From a virus, in IMG/VR virus record IMGVR_UViG_3300024999_001421: a stretch of DNA of 64,000 nucleotides. One strand, written 5' to 3'. How positions within the stretch are numbered: position 1 is the stretch's first letter; each line of letters begins with the position of its first letter. The notes beneath the pieces are model-generated. The model was given only the letters and a program-made list of their open reading frames with translations, was not told where the DNA came from and made no database searches. Both the position numbers and the translations under genes were made by a program. This document shows, in pieces, positions 21,586 to 32,614 of the stretch.

Positions 21586-22419
21586 GTGTATATTTTGATA
21601 GAGAAATGCCCAAGATGCGGCAAGGAATTTAATGCAACCAGATCGCAGAAGTATTGTAGTTCTGAGTGCAGGGAAAATTCAAGGAAAGAAAGGCATTTAA
21701 GACCACCCCTAACTGAAAGAAAGTGTAAATATTGTGGTGTAGTTTTTATGCCTTCGTCTGGTAAGCAAAAATATTGCTGCAAAGAGCATACGTTTAAGGG
21801 AATATACCTTGAAAATGCCGAAGAAAAGAAAGAGAAGTCTCGTGAATATAGACTTAAAAATATTGATGCTATTCGCCTAAAAGATAGGGAGCGTAACGCT
21901 AAAAGAATGGATTATAAAAGGGCGAGTGATGCAAAAAATCACGACAAAACAAGATTCTCAGGAAATAGGGAATTGGTTTTGGAGCGTGATGGATATAAAT
22001 GTGTTGAATGTGGTGCAGTAGAAAAACTTGCTGTCCACCACAAGGACCATACCGGACAAACAGAAAACCGCAACGATGATCCTAGCAACCTAATTACCCT
22101 ATGTTCATCTTGTCACGGCAAACAGCACGGCAAACCAATTAATCAAGAAATACATATAATTGCGGTATGCGGTGTTTGTGGTAAGGAGTTTAATACAACA
22201 ACCTACCTCATAGAGGGTGGCAGGGGTAAGTATTGTAGTGCGGAGTGTCAAAAGAAACGTAACTCAAAAACCAATACAGTAACTTTAAACTGCGAATATT
22301 GCGGTAAGGAATTTACAGTACCACTATCGAGATATAAAAGGGGTAAGGTAAAATACGATAGCATGGAATGTCGCAGAGCAGCAGGTTACGCTTGGACAAA
22401 TAAGCAATCAACAAACTAG
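21586..22419 (+). CDS. HNH endonuclease with multiple Zn-ribbon repeats (homing-type)
   Basis: RDGYKCVECG..LAVHHKD..NDDPSNLITLCSSCH; repeated CxxCGKEF...YCS. Confidence 0.85.
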   Translation: MYILIEKCPRCGKEFNATRSQKYCSSECRENSRKERHLRPPLTERKCKYCGVVFMPSSGKQKYCCKEHTFKGIYLENAEEKKEKSREYRLKNIDAIRLKDRERNAKRMDYKRASDAKNHDKTRFSGNRELVLERDGYKCVECGAVEKLAVHHKDHTGQTENRNDDPSNLITLCSSCHGKQHGKPINQEIHIIAVCGVCGKEFNTTTYLIEGGRGKYCSAECQKKRNSKTNTVTLNCEYCGKEFTVPLSRYKRGKVKYDSMECRRAAGYAWTNKQSTN

Positions 22420-22462
22420 ACACCTAACGGTGTCTTTTAATTTTCCCACAAGGAGGTACAAA

Positions 22463-23416
22463 ATGGCAACATATTCACACAACAAAAAGGTATGCGGTAT
22501 TGAAGGTTTATACGTCGGTGCCGTAGGTTCTGAGAAAGCAGTAGTTGACGCACTCGGAAGAATGTATCTTAACTTTGAACCCGGCAGCCAATTCTTCGTT
22601 GACTCTGCCACAGGCAGCGCAACCAATGATGGATTAACATGGGCAACAGCACTGGCAAGTATCGACTCAGCAGTAGGAAAATGTACTGCCAGCAAGGGAG
22701 ACGTTATTTGGGTAGCACCAGGTCATAACGAGGGCATAACTACTGCCGCCAACATCGACCTTGATGTAGCAGGAATAACCGTTATTGGCTTAGGTAGCGG
22801 TTCCCTAAAACCCACAATCGACTTCGACAATACCGCAGCTAGTGTAGCGATAGGGGCCAACGATGTAACTATCAGCAATATTAGGTTCAGAACTTCAGCT
22901 AATGCGGTGGTTGTTGGACTTGACATTGAAGCAGGAAAAGACTATGCAAAAGTCTTAGACTGTGAGTTTGGATTTGCCGAAACAGCAACGGACGAGTTTG
23001 CAATTGCCCTGAGAAATAACGCAGGTTGTGACGGTACAGTAATTGACGGTTGTTTCTTCGGGGCAGGGGCACAGGCAGCAGTAACAGCAATAAGCATTAC
23101 TGGTGCTTCTGACGATGTAACCATTAAAAATTGTCGCTTTACCGGCGCACATTCTACCGCCTGCATTAACGGCATAACCACACTTAGCACTAATCTACTC
23201 ATAAAAGATAACATTATGCAGCAAGGAGCAACAGAACCAGGGATTGAATTGCTTACTGGTACAACTGGTATTATAGCGAATAACTATATTGCAACAAACT
23301 TAACTACTATTGCCGCATCCATTGTTGCTGATGGTTGTTGGTTGTTTGAGAACTACTACAGTGAGGTTGCCCCTGAGACTGGTGCGCTGATTGGTACTGC
23401 TTCGGTTAACGACTAA
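22463..23416 (+). CDS. Pectin-lyase-like beta-helix virion protein
   Basis: NDGLTWATALASI, GDVIWVAPG and parallel beta-helix repeats. Confidence 0.65.
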   Translation: MATYSHNKKVCGIEGLYVGAVGSEKAVVDALGRMYLNFEPGSQFFVDSATGSATNDGLTWATALASIDSAVGKCTASKGDVIWVAPGHNEGITTAANIDLDVAGITVIGLGSGSLKPTIDFDNTAASVAIGANDVTISNIRFRTSANAVVVGLDIEAGKDYAKVLDCEFGFAETATDEFAIALRNNAGCDGTVIDGCFFGAGAQAAVTAISITGASDDVTIKNCRFTGAHSTACINGITTLSTNLLIKDNIMQQGATEPGIELLTGTTGIIANNYIATNLTTIAASIVADGCWLFENYYSEVAPETGALIGTASVND

Positions 23417-23659
23417 AAGTAGGGGTAAATACCCCTACTTTATTTTTGAGGTGCTTTATGCAATACACCAAAAAACCGGAAAATTTTACCGATACAGAGA
23501 GATTGCTTTTAGGCATATTGGAGGAATTGCGTAAAATATCCTCACTTTTACATACACCAAAAGCAGTTGAAACGCCCAAGAAAGATATTGTGCGTACTGT
23601 ATCGGTAAAGAAACCTAAGTCAACAAAAAAGTATTCGTGTAGAAAGTGCGGCAGGGAGT

Positions 23660-25741
23660 TTGATAATGCCCGTGTCCGCACTAACCACGAAAAGAACTGT
23701 AAGGGTGGTGTTAAAGATAGCAACTAACATTCAAGGGAAAAACCCTGTTGGCGTAACTGCGGCTAATACTAACCCCGTCACTATTGGCGGAGTTGATGGT
23801 GACAATGATATAGTCTGTCTAGTCCTAAATTCAGACGGTTCAGTAACTGCAAAATTGGGTGCAGGTACGTCGATAGTAGGTAAGTTTATTCCTGTAGATG
23901 CGGACGGTACAGAGAAGTTTACTACTACTAATCCGGCAATAGTTGACAGTAATTTCGACGGCGGCATAGCGACTGGTGGAAGTAAAACTACCATTGCCGA
24001 TACATCGAAAAACTTTGAAACTAATATGTTCGCCGGGAATGTGGCGAGAGTTACCATTAGCGGAGTTGACTATTACCGCACAGTAGCGAGTAATACAGCA
24101 ACAATTTTGACAATTGCTACTCTCCCTGGTGCGGCGGCAAGTGCTATTGTTGGCACTCTCGACACAGCAGAAGTTACGGTAGTTTATGTAAATGAGGGAG
24201 TTGCAGGTAACTCGATAACTGCTGAAGTAGTGGCAGCACCAGGGGATAATGACAACCTGTCGGCATCTTTTACCGATAATGTTCTTACTGTTTATCTTGG
24301 TAAAACTGCCGGAGAATTAGACGATACCAAAAATACTGCCACTCTCGTTGCAGTTAAGATTGATGAATTAGCAGAATTTACCGCAACCATGACTGGTTCT
24401 GATGGGGTTGTACCTGTTACCGTTACTCCCGTTGAATTTTCTGGTGGTGTTGCAGTTGTAAGCGCCTCCTCCGGTTCTGTATATCAGATTATGCGGAAGA
24501 ATGTTATTGCTGATGGTGGCGGTAGTATTACTGTTGATCAGTCTATACACGACAACTTTAACGCCAACGCCAATCTGCAAGTAGGTAATGCTGACGTTGC
24601 AGCGGGAAACCCGATACCTGCTGTATTGACTGCTTTGCCTGTTGACGCTGCAACCGAAACTACTCTTGCGGAACTCGAGGATAAAGACTTCGCAACTCAA
24701 ACAACTCTTGCAGCAGTCTTAGCTAAAATTATCGCCTCCCCGGCTACCGAGTCTAAACAGGACACGCTTATAGCAAAAGACTTCGCTACACAGACAACTT
24801 TGGCCGCTATACTGGCTAAGATTATAGCGGCACCGGCGACTGAGGCGACTTTAGCGGCTGTACAGGCCACATTAGCACAAGGCGGTATCCCGGCAACAAC
24901 TCTGGAAACCACGCACCAAAACGCAGCAACGACAGACGGCAATGGTACCGCCGCTACGGTAAGCGGGTATGGGCCGATATCTTTTCAGATTACCGGAACC
25001 CCTGATGGTGCAACAGTAACTTGGGAAGGTTCTGTTGACGGTACAAACTATACGGCTTTTAGTGCCACAAAAACAGATACGGGTGTGGAAGCGACAACGG
25101 CAACAGCGGAAGGAATTTACTCTACCAACGTATCCGGCTATAAATCCGTGAGGGCGGTAATTTCTACAGCAGGGGCAGGTACGAGTCTAACTGTTAAATC
25201 TCTTGCCGTGGGCGTTGCTAGACCGCTTACCGCTAATGTAACTACTGTAGGTAGTTCAGCCCATGATGCCGCCGCCACGGGAAATCCCGTACAGGTTGGT
25301 GGTGTGTATCGTACAACTGATCCGGTGCTTGCAGATGGTGATGCAGGTTCTATACGTGTTAACGCTAAGGGCGAGGCACTTGTCCAAGTAACTGGTAGTT
25401 TAATGCCGATAGTTGTGGAGACTTTAGCAACTAGCCTAAATGTACCAGCATCAAGTATCGTATATGTTACCAATCTATACGATTTTATATATGATTGTAG
25501 TTATACAATCTCAGTAAGAGAGATAAACTCACAAGCACATACGATGAAGGGAAATGTCGAATACAAAGATGTTGCCGGAAATACGATTCTTAGTCAGGAA
25601 TTACTTAGTAGTGCAACTGGTTCGTTTATTATGAATAGAGCTACATTGCGTAGTCGATATATAGCTTTTAGTATTAATAATACAGACGCGACAAATGCCC
25701 ACAATTATGAGGTTATTTTAACAAAATTTTATAATATTTAA
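23660..25741 (+). CDS. Virion structural/fibre protein with internal repeats
   Basis: Thr/Ala/Gly-rich; KDFATQTTLAA(V/I)LAKIIA(S/A)PATE twice. Confidence 0.55.
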   Translation: MIMPVSALTTKRTVRVVLKIATNIQGKNPVGVTAANTNPVTIGGVDGDNDIVCLVLNSDGSVTAKLGAGTSIVGKFIPVDADGTEKFTTTNPAIVDSNFDGGIATGGSKTTIADTSKNFETNMFAGNVARVTISGVDYYRTVASNTATILTIATLPGAAASAIVGTLDTAEVTVVYVNEGVAGNSITAEVVAAPGDNDNLSASFTDNVLTVYLGKTAGELDDTKNTATLVAVKIDELAEFTATMTGSDGVVPVTVTPVEFSGGVAVVSASSGSVYQIMRKNVIADGGGSITVDQSIHDNFNANANLQVGNADVAAGNPIPAVLTALPVDAATETTLAELEDKDFATQTTLAAVLAKIIASPATESKQDTLIAKDFATQTTLAAILAKIIAAPATEATLAAVQATLAQGGIPATTLETTHQNAATTDGNGTAATVSGYGPISFQITGTPDGATVTWEGSVDGTNYTAFSATKTDTGVEATTATAEGIYSTNVSGYKSVRAVISTAGAGTSLTVKSLAVGVARPLTANVTTVGSSAHDAAATGNPVQVGGVYRTTDPVLADGDAGSIRVNAKGEALVQVTGSLMPIVVETLATSLNVPASSIVYVTNLYDFIYDCSYTISVREINSQAHTMKGNVEYKDVAGNTILSQELLSSATGSFIMNRATLRSRYIAFSINNTDATNAHNYEVILTKFYNI

Positions 25742-26046
25742 TATTAAGGAGAGATAATAATGCCAATAATTACCGTTAAATTTCAAAACCAAGAACCTAA
25801 TATAACTCTTTCTCAGGATTACCAAATCTTAGATTTTTACCGTGATTATAATGCAGGGATTGACGAGGTGTTAATTGTAGGTGATGATGGCAATTTTTTA
25901 TGGACGGCAAAATCCAATGTATTGGTTCAGTCAATAACGAACTAACAAGGTGCGAGAGTTGGTTGGTTCCCATTAACCCTATAGTTAGTTACGATAACCG
26001 CAGGGAGGTCTAACCGCCTCCCATTTTACATAAAGAAGGTGATAAA

Positions 26047-26886
26047 ATGTCCTTCACACTAACAAGCTGCAAAACAATTGCAGATTCATTGCTAAACGAA
26101 ACGATAGATGATACTAACCTGCTAATATGGGGTAAGGAATGTCTGCAAGACAATATCCCTTCTCAACTATGGCAAGAGAACTCAAAAGAGTACAAATCAG
26201 TAGTCGCAAAGAGGTCGTATAACCTTCCTAGCGACTTTTTTAGTTTAGTCAGTCTATCAACTACTATTGGATCTCCGGCAGGACTAGCAGTAACACCAAC
26301 CGGAACTACCGGAGCGACTACATATAAATACCAAGTTACGGCAGTTACCGAATCGGGAGAGACTATCCCTTGTTCTGAGGTTACATCAACCTCCGGCAAC
26401 GCTACATTATCCGAAACAAACTACAACGCCCTGTCTTGGGTCGAGGTTGACGATGCCACAAGTTATAACATATACCGTACTTATGGAGGCACTACAACGG
26501 GCTTAATTGGGACAACTACAGATACTACCTTGGATGATACGGGACTTGCCGGTGACTCTGAAAATGCCCCTACCGAGGATACTACTGGCAATCAATATGA
26601 TTATTATTCTATCCGCAATAGAAAAATTTCCTTTACCGATGCTGATGATTACGCATTAACATATATAGCATATCCAACAGTTTCCAGTATATCTGTGAAT
26701 GTACCCCTGCCAGATGCCTGCGAGTACGCAATGGCTAAATTTATCGCTTCAAGATTCAGAAGTAATGATGATTCCGAGGATGCCGATTCTTCGAGATGGA
26801 TGCTAGAGTTCCAGAACTCCATCAATAAACTGATTAATGAAATGGAGATAGATAGTAATTCATTTCAGGTGAAAATGGCATGGTGA
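26047..26886 (+). CDS. Head-tail adaptor-like protein with an inserted FN3-like domain
   Basis: YNLPSDF and LPDACEYAMAKFIA adaptor-like ends around YKYQVTAV/LSW/SYNIYR. Confidence 0.55.
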   Translation: MSFTLTSCKTIADSLLNETIDDTNLLIWGKECLQDNIPSQLWQENSKEYKSVVAKRSYNLPSDFFSLVSLSTTIGSPAGLAVTPTGTTGATTYKYQVTAVTESGETIPCSEVTSTSGNATLSETNYNALSWVEVDDATSYNIYRTYGGTTTGLIGTTTDTTLDDTGLAGDSENAPTEDTTGNQYDYYSIRNRKISFTDADDYALTYIAYPTVSSISVNVPLPDACEYAMAKFIASRFRSNDDSEDADSSRWMLEFQNSINKLINEMEIDSNSFQVKMAW

Positions 26887-28313
26887 TGGCGAAGATACCT
26901 AAAAGGGGCGGCAGTAGCAATAAAATATCTATCGAAATAAAAAGTTTTGGTGGAATAAATACACTACCTTCCAGGCAGATAGGACAATCTTCCGCTGGGA
27001 AGAATTTTTATACCGTTGGAGGTGTTTTTAAAACACGTCCTGGACTGATTGCTGCTCCCGGTATAAATGCACTTACGAAAGAAATTAGATCACTTCATTT
27101 TGCAAAGACGGGAAGTTCCGATGAAAGATTTCTAGCCGAAACCGTTGATGGAATATATTACTACGACAACGGTTGGGACTTACTAGACGCTGGATATGCT
27201 AACAATTATGGGTTTTCATCTACTATATGGCGCAACGAAATCATTTTAGCAGGCGGCAATCAGATGAACCTTTTCGGCATCGAAACACCTACGCTGACAG
27301 TTGATTTTACTGCTGGCGATATAGGTGGTGGTACTTCCGGTGAAGGCGTTGCCGTATTTAAAGATAGGGCGTTTTTGTTCGGACCGAATTATACGCACTA
27401 CGAAATCCCATTCAACGGCTATAGATATGTTTGGGATGAAGAGGCAGAAGAATACACTGAGGAAATCGAGGACGTTGACATACTTGCATGGCCCGAGAAG
27501 TTTAAGTTATCTGCCAGTGATGGCGGAGATGTATTATCCGTTATTCCTGTCGGATCTAGCGTATTTATCTTGACCGACATGGGTTATTGGCATTTATACG
27601 GTAATAATGAGGATGATTTTGAAATAATCCGCGAGGGAAATGTAGGGTGCTATAACCTAAATCATGGTCAGTTAGTTGGAGATGTAATATGCTGGCTAGG
27701 TAAAGATAAAAAAGTTTATATCTATACCGGAAGTACAGCAGAGCATATTAGCTTGCCCGTAGATAAGTTTCTATCAGCGCAAACATTCAACAGTACTGTA
27801 CGTTGTTATAGTTTCGGCAATCAATTCTGGATTATTTTTAGGGGCGCAACAACCAAGGCGTATGTTTTCGATACCCACGAAAAAGAGTGGTATATTTACG
27901 AATTTCCTGTGAATATTTCTGCTGCCTGTATGCGGAATGGAATAATTCATTTTGGCACATCTACCGGGACTATTTTACAACTTAAAGACAGTGTAAACGA
28001 TGCCGGAACAGCTATAACAACTGAATCTACGATAGGCCCGATAAATATGCAGTCAAGAAAAATCAAGGTTAAAAATTTTCATATCAACGCAAAACCAGTA
28101 AACTACTTCGATCTTGATGTGTCTTCTGTCGTGGATGATTACGAGGAATCAGACTATGAGACTTGTAGTTTTAGCGAAGGATCAGAATCAACCCAGACTG
28201 TAAAAGTAAATAGTCGGAAAGGTTTTGATGTTTCTATTAAAATATCAAGTACGGATATCATTAACGAGTTAACCGGAGGAACTATTATGGTAACTGCCGG
28301 GCAATTAAAGTAA
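26880..28313 (+). CDS. Tail nozzle / DNA stabilisation protein (podovirus-like)
   Basis: FGGIN..KTRPG N-terminus, beta-rich, position after adaptor. Confidence 0.6.
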   Translation: MVMAKIPKRGGSSNKISIEIKSFGGINTLPSRQIGQSSAGKNFYTVGGVFKTRPGLIAAPGINALTKEIRSLHFAKTGSSDERFLAETVDGIYYYDNGWDLLDAGYANNYGFSSTIWRNEIILAGGNQMNLFGIETPTLTVDFTAGDIGGGTSGEGVAVFKDRAFLFGPNYTHYEIPFNGYRYVWDEEAEEYTEEIEDVDILAWPEKFKLSASDGGDVLSVIPVGSSVFILTDMGYWHLYGNNEDDFEIIREGNVGCYNLNHGQLVGDVICWLGKDKKVYIYTGSTAEHISLPVDKFLSAQTFNSTVRCYSFGNQFWIIFRGATTKAYVFDTHEKEWYIYEFPVNISAACMRNGIIHFGTSTGTILQLKDSVNDAGTAITTESTIGPINMQSRKIKVKNFHINAKPVNYFDLDVSSVVDDYEESDYETCSFSEGSESTQTVKVNSRKGFDVSIKISSTDIINELTGGTIMVTAGQLK

Positions 28314-28758
28314 AAGGAGTTGGTTTGAGTTGGCAGATATTCATATTTACAAAGGAACTGTTACTGCTGGCGGCACTAATGGAACATTGGTGTCTGAGGC
28401 AGGGGCGCAGACTTCGCCTATCGAAATAGGCCAACTGAACGCCACAAATAACGAAGTATCTACAGACCAAAAACTGGCTATTCGTTGTGATACTGGTTAT
28501 ACTACTTCCGGGGATACGACAATTACTCCTACCGGCACGACTGCCGCAAAATGGGCGTTAGCACCGGATAACGCAGGAGCAGCAGGTACTTATGGAGCAT
28601 ATGGAGCGGCACTTACCATTTCCAGCGCAATAGATGCTACAAATACGATATTTTGGGTGAAGGCTAAGGCTACAAGTGACGAGAGTCCGTCGAATGACGT
28701 ATCTGTTAGCTTGCAAGTATCTGCGACTGTCGCAGCTGCGTAGAGGCGGTGATGTGGG

Positions 28759-29991
28759 ATGGCTAATGGATTATTTGGTGGTGGTAACGGAACTGAGTTA
28801 ACGCCATACTTAATTGAGGATTTACTCGACCTAGATGCGGTAAGGAATGATCTAACCACCTATTATGAACTTATTAACAATATTGATGCAAGTGATACGG
28901 TTAACTGGAATAGCGGCGCAGGATTCATTCCTATAGGAAATTTTACGACTAAGTTTAGCGGTTCGTTTGACGGCAAGGGCTATAGAGTAACTGGGTTATA
29001 TGTCAAGAGAAGTGTCGATAATAATGGCTTATTTGGTTATGTTTCGTCTAGTGGAGTAGTGAAAAATTTAGGTATGGTTGACGGAAGAATAGAGGCAATT
29101 GGATCAACATTATTTAATCATGGGGCAATAGTTGGTAATAATTACGGAGCTATACAGAAGTGCTTTGCTGTAGGAGGCTATGTTAAAGCGTTAAATAGCG
29201 GTTATAACGCCGGAGGGATAGCTGGTAGCAATAGCGGCACAATAACAGATTGTTTTGCTGGCGTAGCTGTAAATTGTCCCAATAAAGGTGCGGGATTAAT
29301 AGGAGGACACTCAACAGGAACGATATCAAATTGCTACTCCATAGGAGTCGTTACTGGATTAGCGGCTAATTATTGCGGAGGATTGATTGGATATACGTAT
29401 AGCGGTTCAGTAATTAATTGCTTTTGGGATACGGAAACCTCCGGTCAAACTACTTCTGGTGGAGGAACCGGCAAAACTACAGCGCAAATGAAACAGCAGG
29501 CGACTTTTGCGAATTGGGATTTTAATAGCATATGGTCTATAAATGAGGGTGTGTCTTACCCGGCATTACTTGTTTTCGCTACAGGAGTTATGCAAACCAT
29601 AAATGCAGACATGTTACGCCAAACCGTTGTTACCGAGTCAGTATTAATTGACATGTTACGCCAAACCGTTGTTACCGAGTCAGTATTTTCCGATACTCTT
29701 AGGAGGATAATCGAGGGTATTGAACAAACCGCAAACATAGATACGCTACGGCAGATCATTAGGAGTGAATTAGTCTCAGTTAGTACAAAACGCACTATCT
29801 TAGTTAACGAGACTATTCTTGCCGATACTCTAAGGAATGTTTACGACGATACTTATGACATTTCATTAATAGAGATAACGCTTGATTGCACGGTAGTTAA
29901 AGAGTTTGTTTCAATCTTAAGCGTTTCTAAGAGTATTTCTCTTGACGCTAATGTTGCAGATGAAATTTCTTTTAACATGGAAGTGGGTTGA
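28759..29991 (+). CDS. GLUG-motif virion protein
   Basis: GGGNGTELTPYLI, FDGKGY, GLFG, GGIAG repeats, KTTAQMK..WDF. Confidence 0.75.
   Translation: MANGLFGGGNGTELTPYLIEDLLDLDAVRNDLTTYYELINNIDASDTVNWNSGAGFIPIGNFTTKFSGSFDGKGYRVTGLYVKRSVDNNGLFGYVSSSGVVKNLGMVDGRIEAIGSTLFNHGAIVGNNYGAIQKCFAVGGYVKALNSGYNAGGIAGSNSGTITDCFAGVAVNCPNKGAGLIGGHSTGTISNCYSIGVVTGLAANYCGGLIGYTYSGSVINCFWDTETSGQTTSGGGTGKTTAQMKQQATFANWDFNSIWSINEGVSYPALLVFATGVMQTINADMLRQTVVTESVLIDMLRQTVVTESVFSDTLRRIIEGIEQTANIDTLRQIIRSELVSVSTKRTILVNETILADTLRNVYDDTYDISLIEITLDCTVVKEFVSILSVSKSISLDANVADEISFNMEVG
29608..29687 (+). repeat. In-frame tandem duplication (38 bp identical, 42-bp period)
   Basis: GACATGTTACGCCAAACCGTTGTTACCGAGTCAGTATT twice. 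Confidence 0.9.
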
Positions 29992-29995
29992 TGTT

Positions 29996-30304
29996 ATGAC
30001 GCAGAGAATAAAGCAGAACGACAAAGGTACAAAGTTGACTTTTAACGTAAAAGATAATCAGGATTTATCCTTAAACTTAACCAATTCTACGATAACTTGT
30101 ACTATTTCAGGCGGCGACATCTATAAAAAAATAACTAAATCTTGTACCATAAAGGATGCCGAAGAAGGTATTTGTTACTGTGTACTAACTTCTTCGGATA
30201 CAGATACTCCGGGTTCCTATGCCGCGGAAGTTAAGGTTGATTTTGGTATTACCAGTTTTACTACTGTAGATGAGATAAGACTTAAATTACTAAGCGTTCT
30301 ATAG
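29996..30304 (+). CDS. BppU N-terminal-like structural protein
   Basis: IKQNDKGTKLTF...GICYCVLT..DTDTPGSYAAEV. Confidence 0.5.
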   Translation: MTQRIKQNDKGTKLTFNVKDNQDLSLNLTNSTITCTISGGDIYKKITKSCTIKDAEEGICYCVLTSSDTDTPGSYAAEVKVDFGITSFTTVDEIRLKLLSVL

Positions 30305-30316
30305 TGTGGTGATATA

Positions 30317-31660
30317 GTGGCTGTATTTTTTAAGAAACCTACTACCCTTAACGTAAAAAACATCATCGATGCCTGTAATTGCTATTACAGGATACTTGAA
30401 TCTGCATTTAATATCAGTCTAAAAAGAATAAGTTACTCAGATAATGAGCAGAGAATAGCAAATATTAATAACGATAATTTTCGGTTACTCGAAGCATTTT
30501 TCCTTAAGGCTGTGATTTTAGGAAATAGCGTATCGTCGCACGAAACAACCGTCCCTGCCGGATACGTCGGGGTTTATACTGCCCAGGACTTATATAACGT
30601 CCGAAATAACCTATCAGGCAAATATATCCAAATGGCAGATATAGACCTATCGGTTTATGCTAATTTCGCCAAGATAGGCAGTACGGCTAATAGGTTTGTT
30701 GGCGTGTATAACGGCAATAATTTTCCCATAAGCAACCTAAACATGAACGATCCTACGTTATATGTGGGACTTTTCGGCTACGTTGGTGTCGGTGGGGTAG
30801 TTAAAAAAGTTAAATTAATAGACCCGTCCGTATACGCTGGCATCGGCCCTACAACAACTTACGAAGATCAATACAAAGGCATATACACAGGTCCAATAGC
30901 TGGTTATAATGCTGGGACAATTGAGGATTGTACTGTTGAAGGGGGTGCTGTTGAGGGTTCTTATTATGTCGGGGGTATTGCTGGCATATCTTCTTCTAGT
31001 GGCAAGATAGTTAGATGCGGTTCAAATATAACCACAATTGCCAATAGTTCTGCTCAAGTATGGGTGTATTACCCCACTGATTATGTATACGATCCCGTTC
31101 TCGGCGTAACCATTATCCCCGCACATTGGGAAATGACTTCCAGATCATACGACTATGTGGGTGGTATCGCGGGTAGTTGTCATTCTGCGGAAAACTGCTA
31201 TTCGCTTGGCCCTGTACGTTCTACGCTTACTCTTGGACACGGCGTTAGATGTGGTGGTGCATTCGGTTATGTTTCTAGTTCAGCGACTAAATGTTATTCT
31301 ACTGGATTAGTATATGTTGCATATGGGGGCGGTAAGGCACTTGCCGGAAGTAAAGCAACAGTCGCTACAATAAGTGACTGTTATTACGACTCCCAAACCG
31401 CTGGGGTGTCGGACTCCTACGCAACAGCAAAAACTACGGCGCAAATGAAAACTCGGTCAACTTTTACTGACTGGGATTTTAACGAGGTATGGGGTATTAA
31501 CTCCGGGGAATATCCGCATTTGGGCGTAAATACTGCCGTAGAACCGACACCTTACGGCCCGATAAGTCTTAAAAGATGTTCCCCAAATATGCGCAGTATT
31601 ATTAATGTCTGCTGTGAAAATTTCAGAAACCTAGAATCATATCTCAATAGAAAGAGGTGA
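30317..31660 (+). CDS. Second GLUG-motif virion protein
   Basis: YIQMADIDL, VGLFG, VGGIAG repeats, KTTAQMK..WDF. Confidence 0.7.
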   Translation: MAVFFKKPTTLNVKNIIDACNCYYRILESAFNISLKRISYSDNEQRIANINNDNFRLLEAFFLKAVILGNSVSSHETTVPAGYVGVYTAQDLYNVRNNLSGKYIQMADIDLSVYANFAKIGSTANRFVGVYNGNNFPISNLNMNDPTLYVGLFGYVGVGGVVKKVKLIDPSVYAGIGPTTTYEDQYKGIYTGPIAGYNAGTIEDCTVEGGAVEGSYYVGGIAGISSSSGKIVRCGSNITTIANSSAQVWVYYPTDYVYDPVLGVTIIPAHWEMTSRSYDYVGGIAGSCHSAENCYSLGPVRSTLTLGHGVRCGGAFGYVSSSATKCYSTGLVYVAYGGGKALAGSKATVATISDCYYDSQTAGVSDSYATAKTTAQMKTRSTFTDWDFNEVWGINSGEYPHLGVNTAVEPTPYGPISLKRCSPNMRSIINVCCENFRNLESYLNRKR

Positions 31661-32592
31661 TATTATTGGCATATACTAAGCCGACAGGGGATCAAGGTAA
31701 TCTTGGTTTCCTTAAGGGTGCCTTAAATAATCCTAATTATAAGCCCAAGAATTACTACGATTGGCAATACATAGCTGATCAGCAGGTGGCAAATCCTAAT
31801 TACGGAGATGTGTATAGAGGATTAAACCAGGCAAGAAACACGGCAGGTGACAGAGAGAGGGCATCTTACCGGGATTCAAAAGGAACGCTTACGGCTAACC
31901 GGACAGGCAGTATTAACTCAGCCGTGAAACGATCTATTGCCGCAGGACTAGGCGGGGCAGGGGAAGGATCGGGCATAGGCGGGTATCGCTCACAGGAGAT
32001 AACGGACAGCTATCAGCCTTCGTTAGACAGTTTGAAGCGTAGGCACTCAGAAAATATTGCAGATATAAACACTAACTACCGCAGTGGTGTTGCAAAGATT
32101 GATGCCAAGAAAGAAGATCGCGGATTAAAAGTTGCTGCCGAGGCGACAAGGTTAATGCAAGCTGATACTAAGGGGTTTCGTGACTGGAAGAGTTCTTTAG
32201 CTGATACCCTACAGAAATACGGTTCAGAGCAGGCCGATATGTCATACAAGCAGCAGCAGGATGCTTACAAGAGACAGCAGGACGAGTTTTCCAATAACTT
32301 AGCAATGCAGAGATTTAGCTGGGATAAGGAAAGGTCTATGTTACCTTATCAATACCCCTCTGCTAATTCGTTGTTGCAGTATAATATGGGACCGACGCCA
32401 TATCAGCAAGCGCAGCTTAGTAAGAGCGGTGGCAATGACAAGTCTGCTGCATATGCCGCTGCTTATCAGGCCATATCGTCAAACCCTACCGTGATTAGCG
32501 ATCCTGAGTTTATACAGTCGTTTTTAGCTGCTGGACTGACACCGAGCGATTACCAGGCGTTGCTTGAAATGACTAAAGACGAAGATAGCTAA
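31657..32592 (+). CDS. Putative internal virion/ejection protein
   Basis: Q/A-rich helical protein before the largest ORF. Confidence 0.5.
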   Translation: MILLAYTKPTGDQGNLGFLKGALNNPNYKPKNYYDWQYIADQQVANPNYGDVYRGLNQARNTAGDRERASYRDSKGTLTANRTGSINSAVKRSIAAGLGGAGEGSGIGGYRSQEITDSYQPSLDSLKRRHSENIADINTNYRSGVAKIDAKKEDRGLKVAAEATRLMQADTKGFRDWKSSLADTLQKYGSEQADMSYKQQQDAYKRQQDEFSNNLAMQRFSWDKERSMLPYQYPSANSLLQYNMGPTPYQQAQLSKSGGNDKSAAYAAAYQAISSNPTVISDPEFIQSFLAAGLTPSDYQALLEMTKDEDS

Positions 32593-32614
32593 AAAGTGAC
32601 TAATATCAAGGCAG

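Noticed and set aside
28759-31660. Diversity-generating retroelement acting on the GLUG genes
   Set aside because: No reverse transcriptase and no adenine-specific TR/VR pair seen; similarity reflects paralogy
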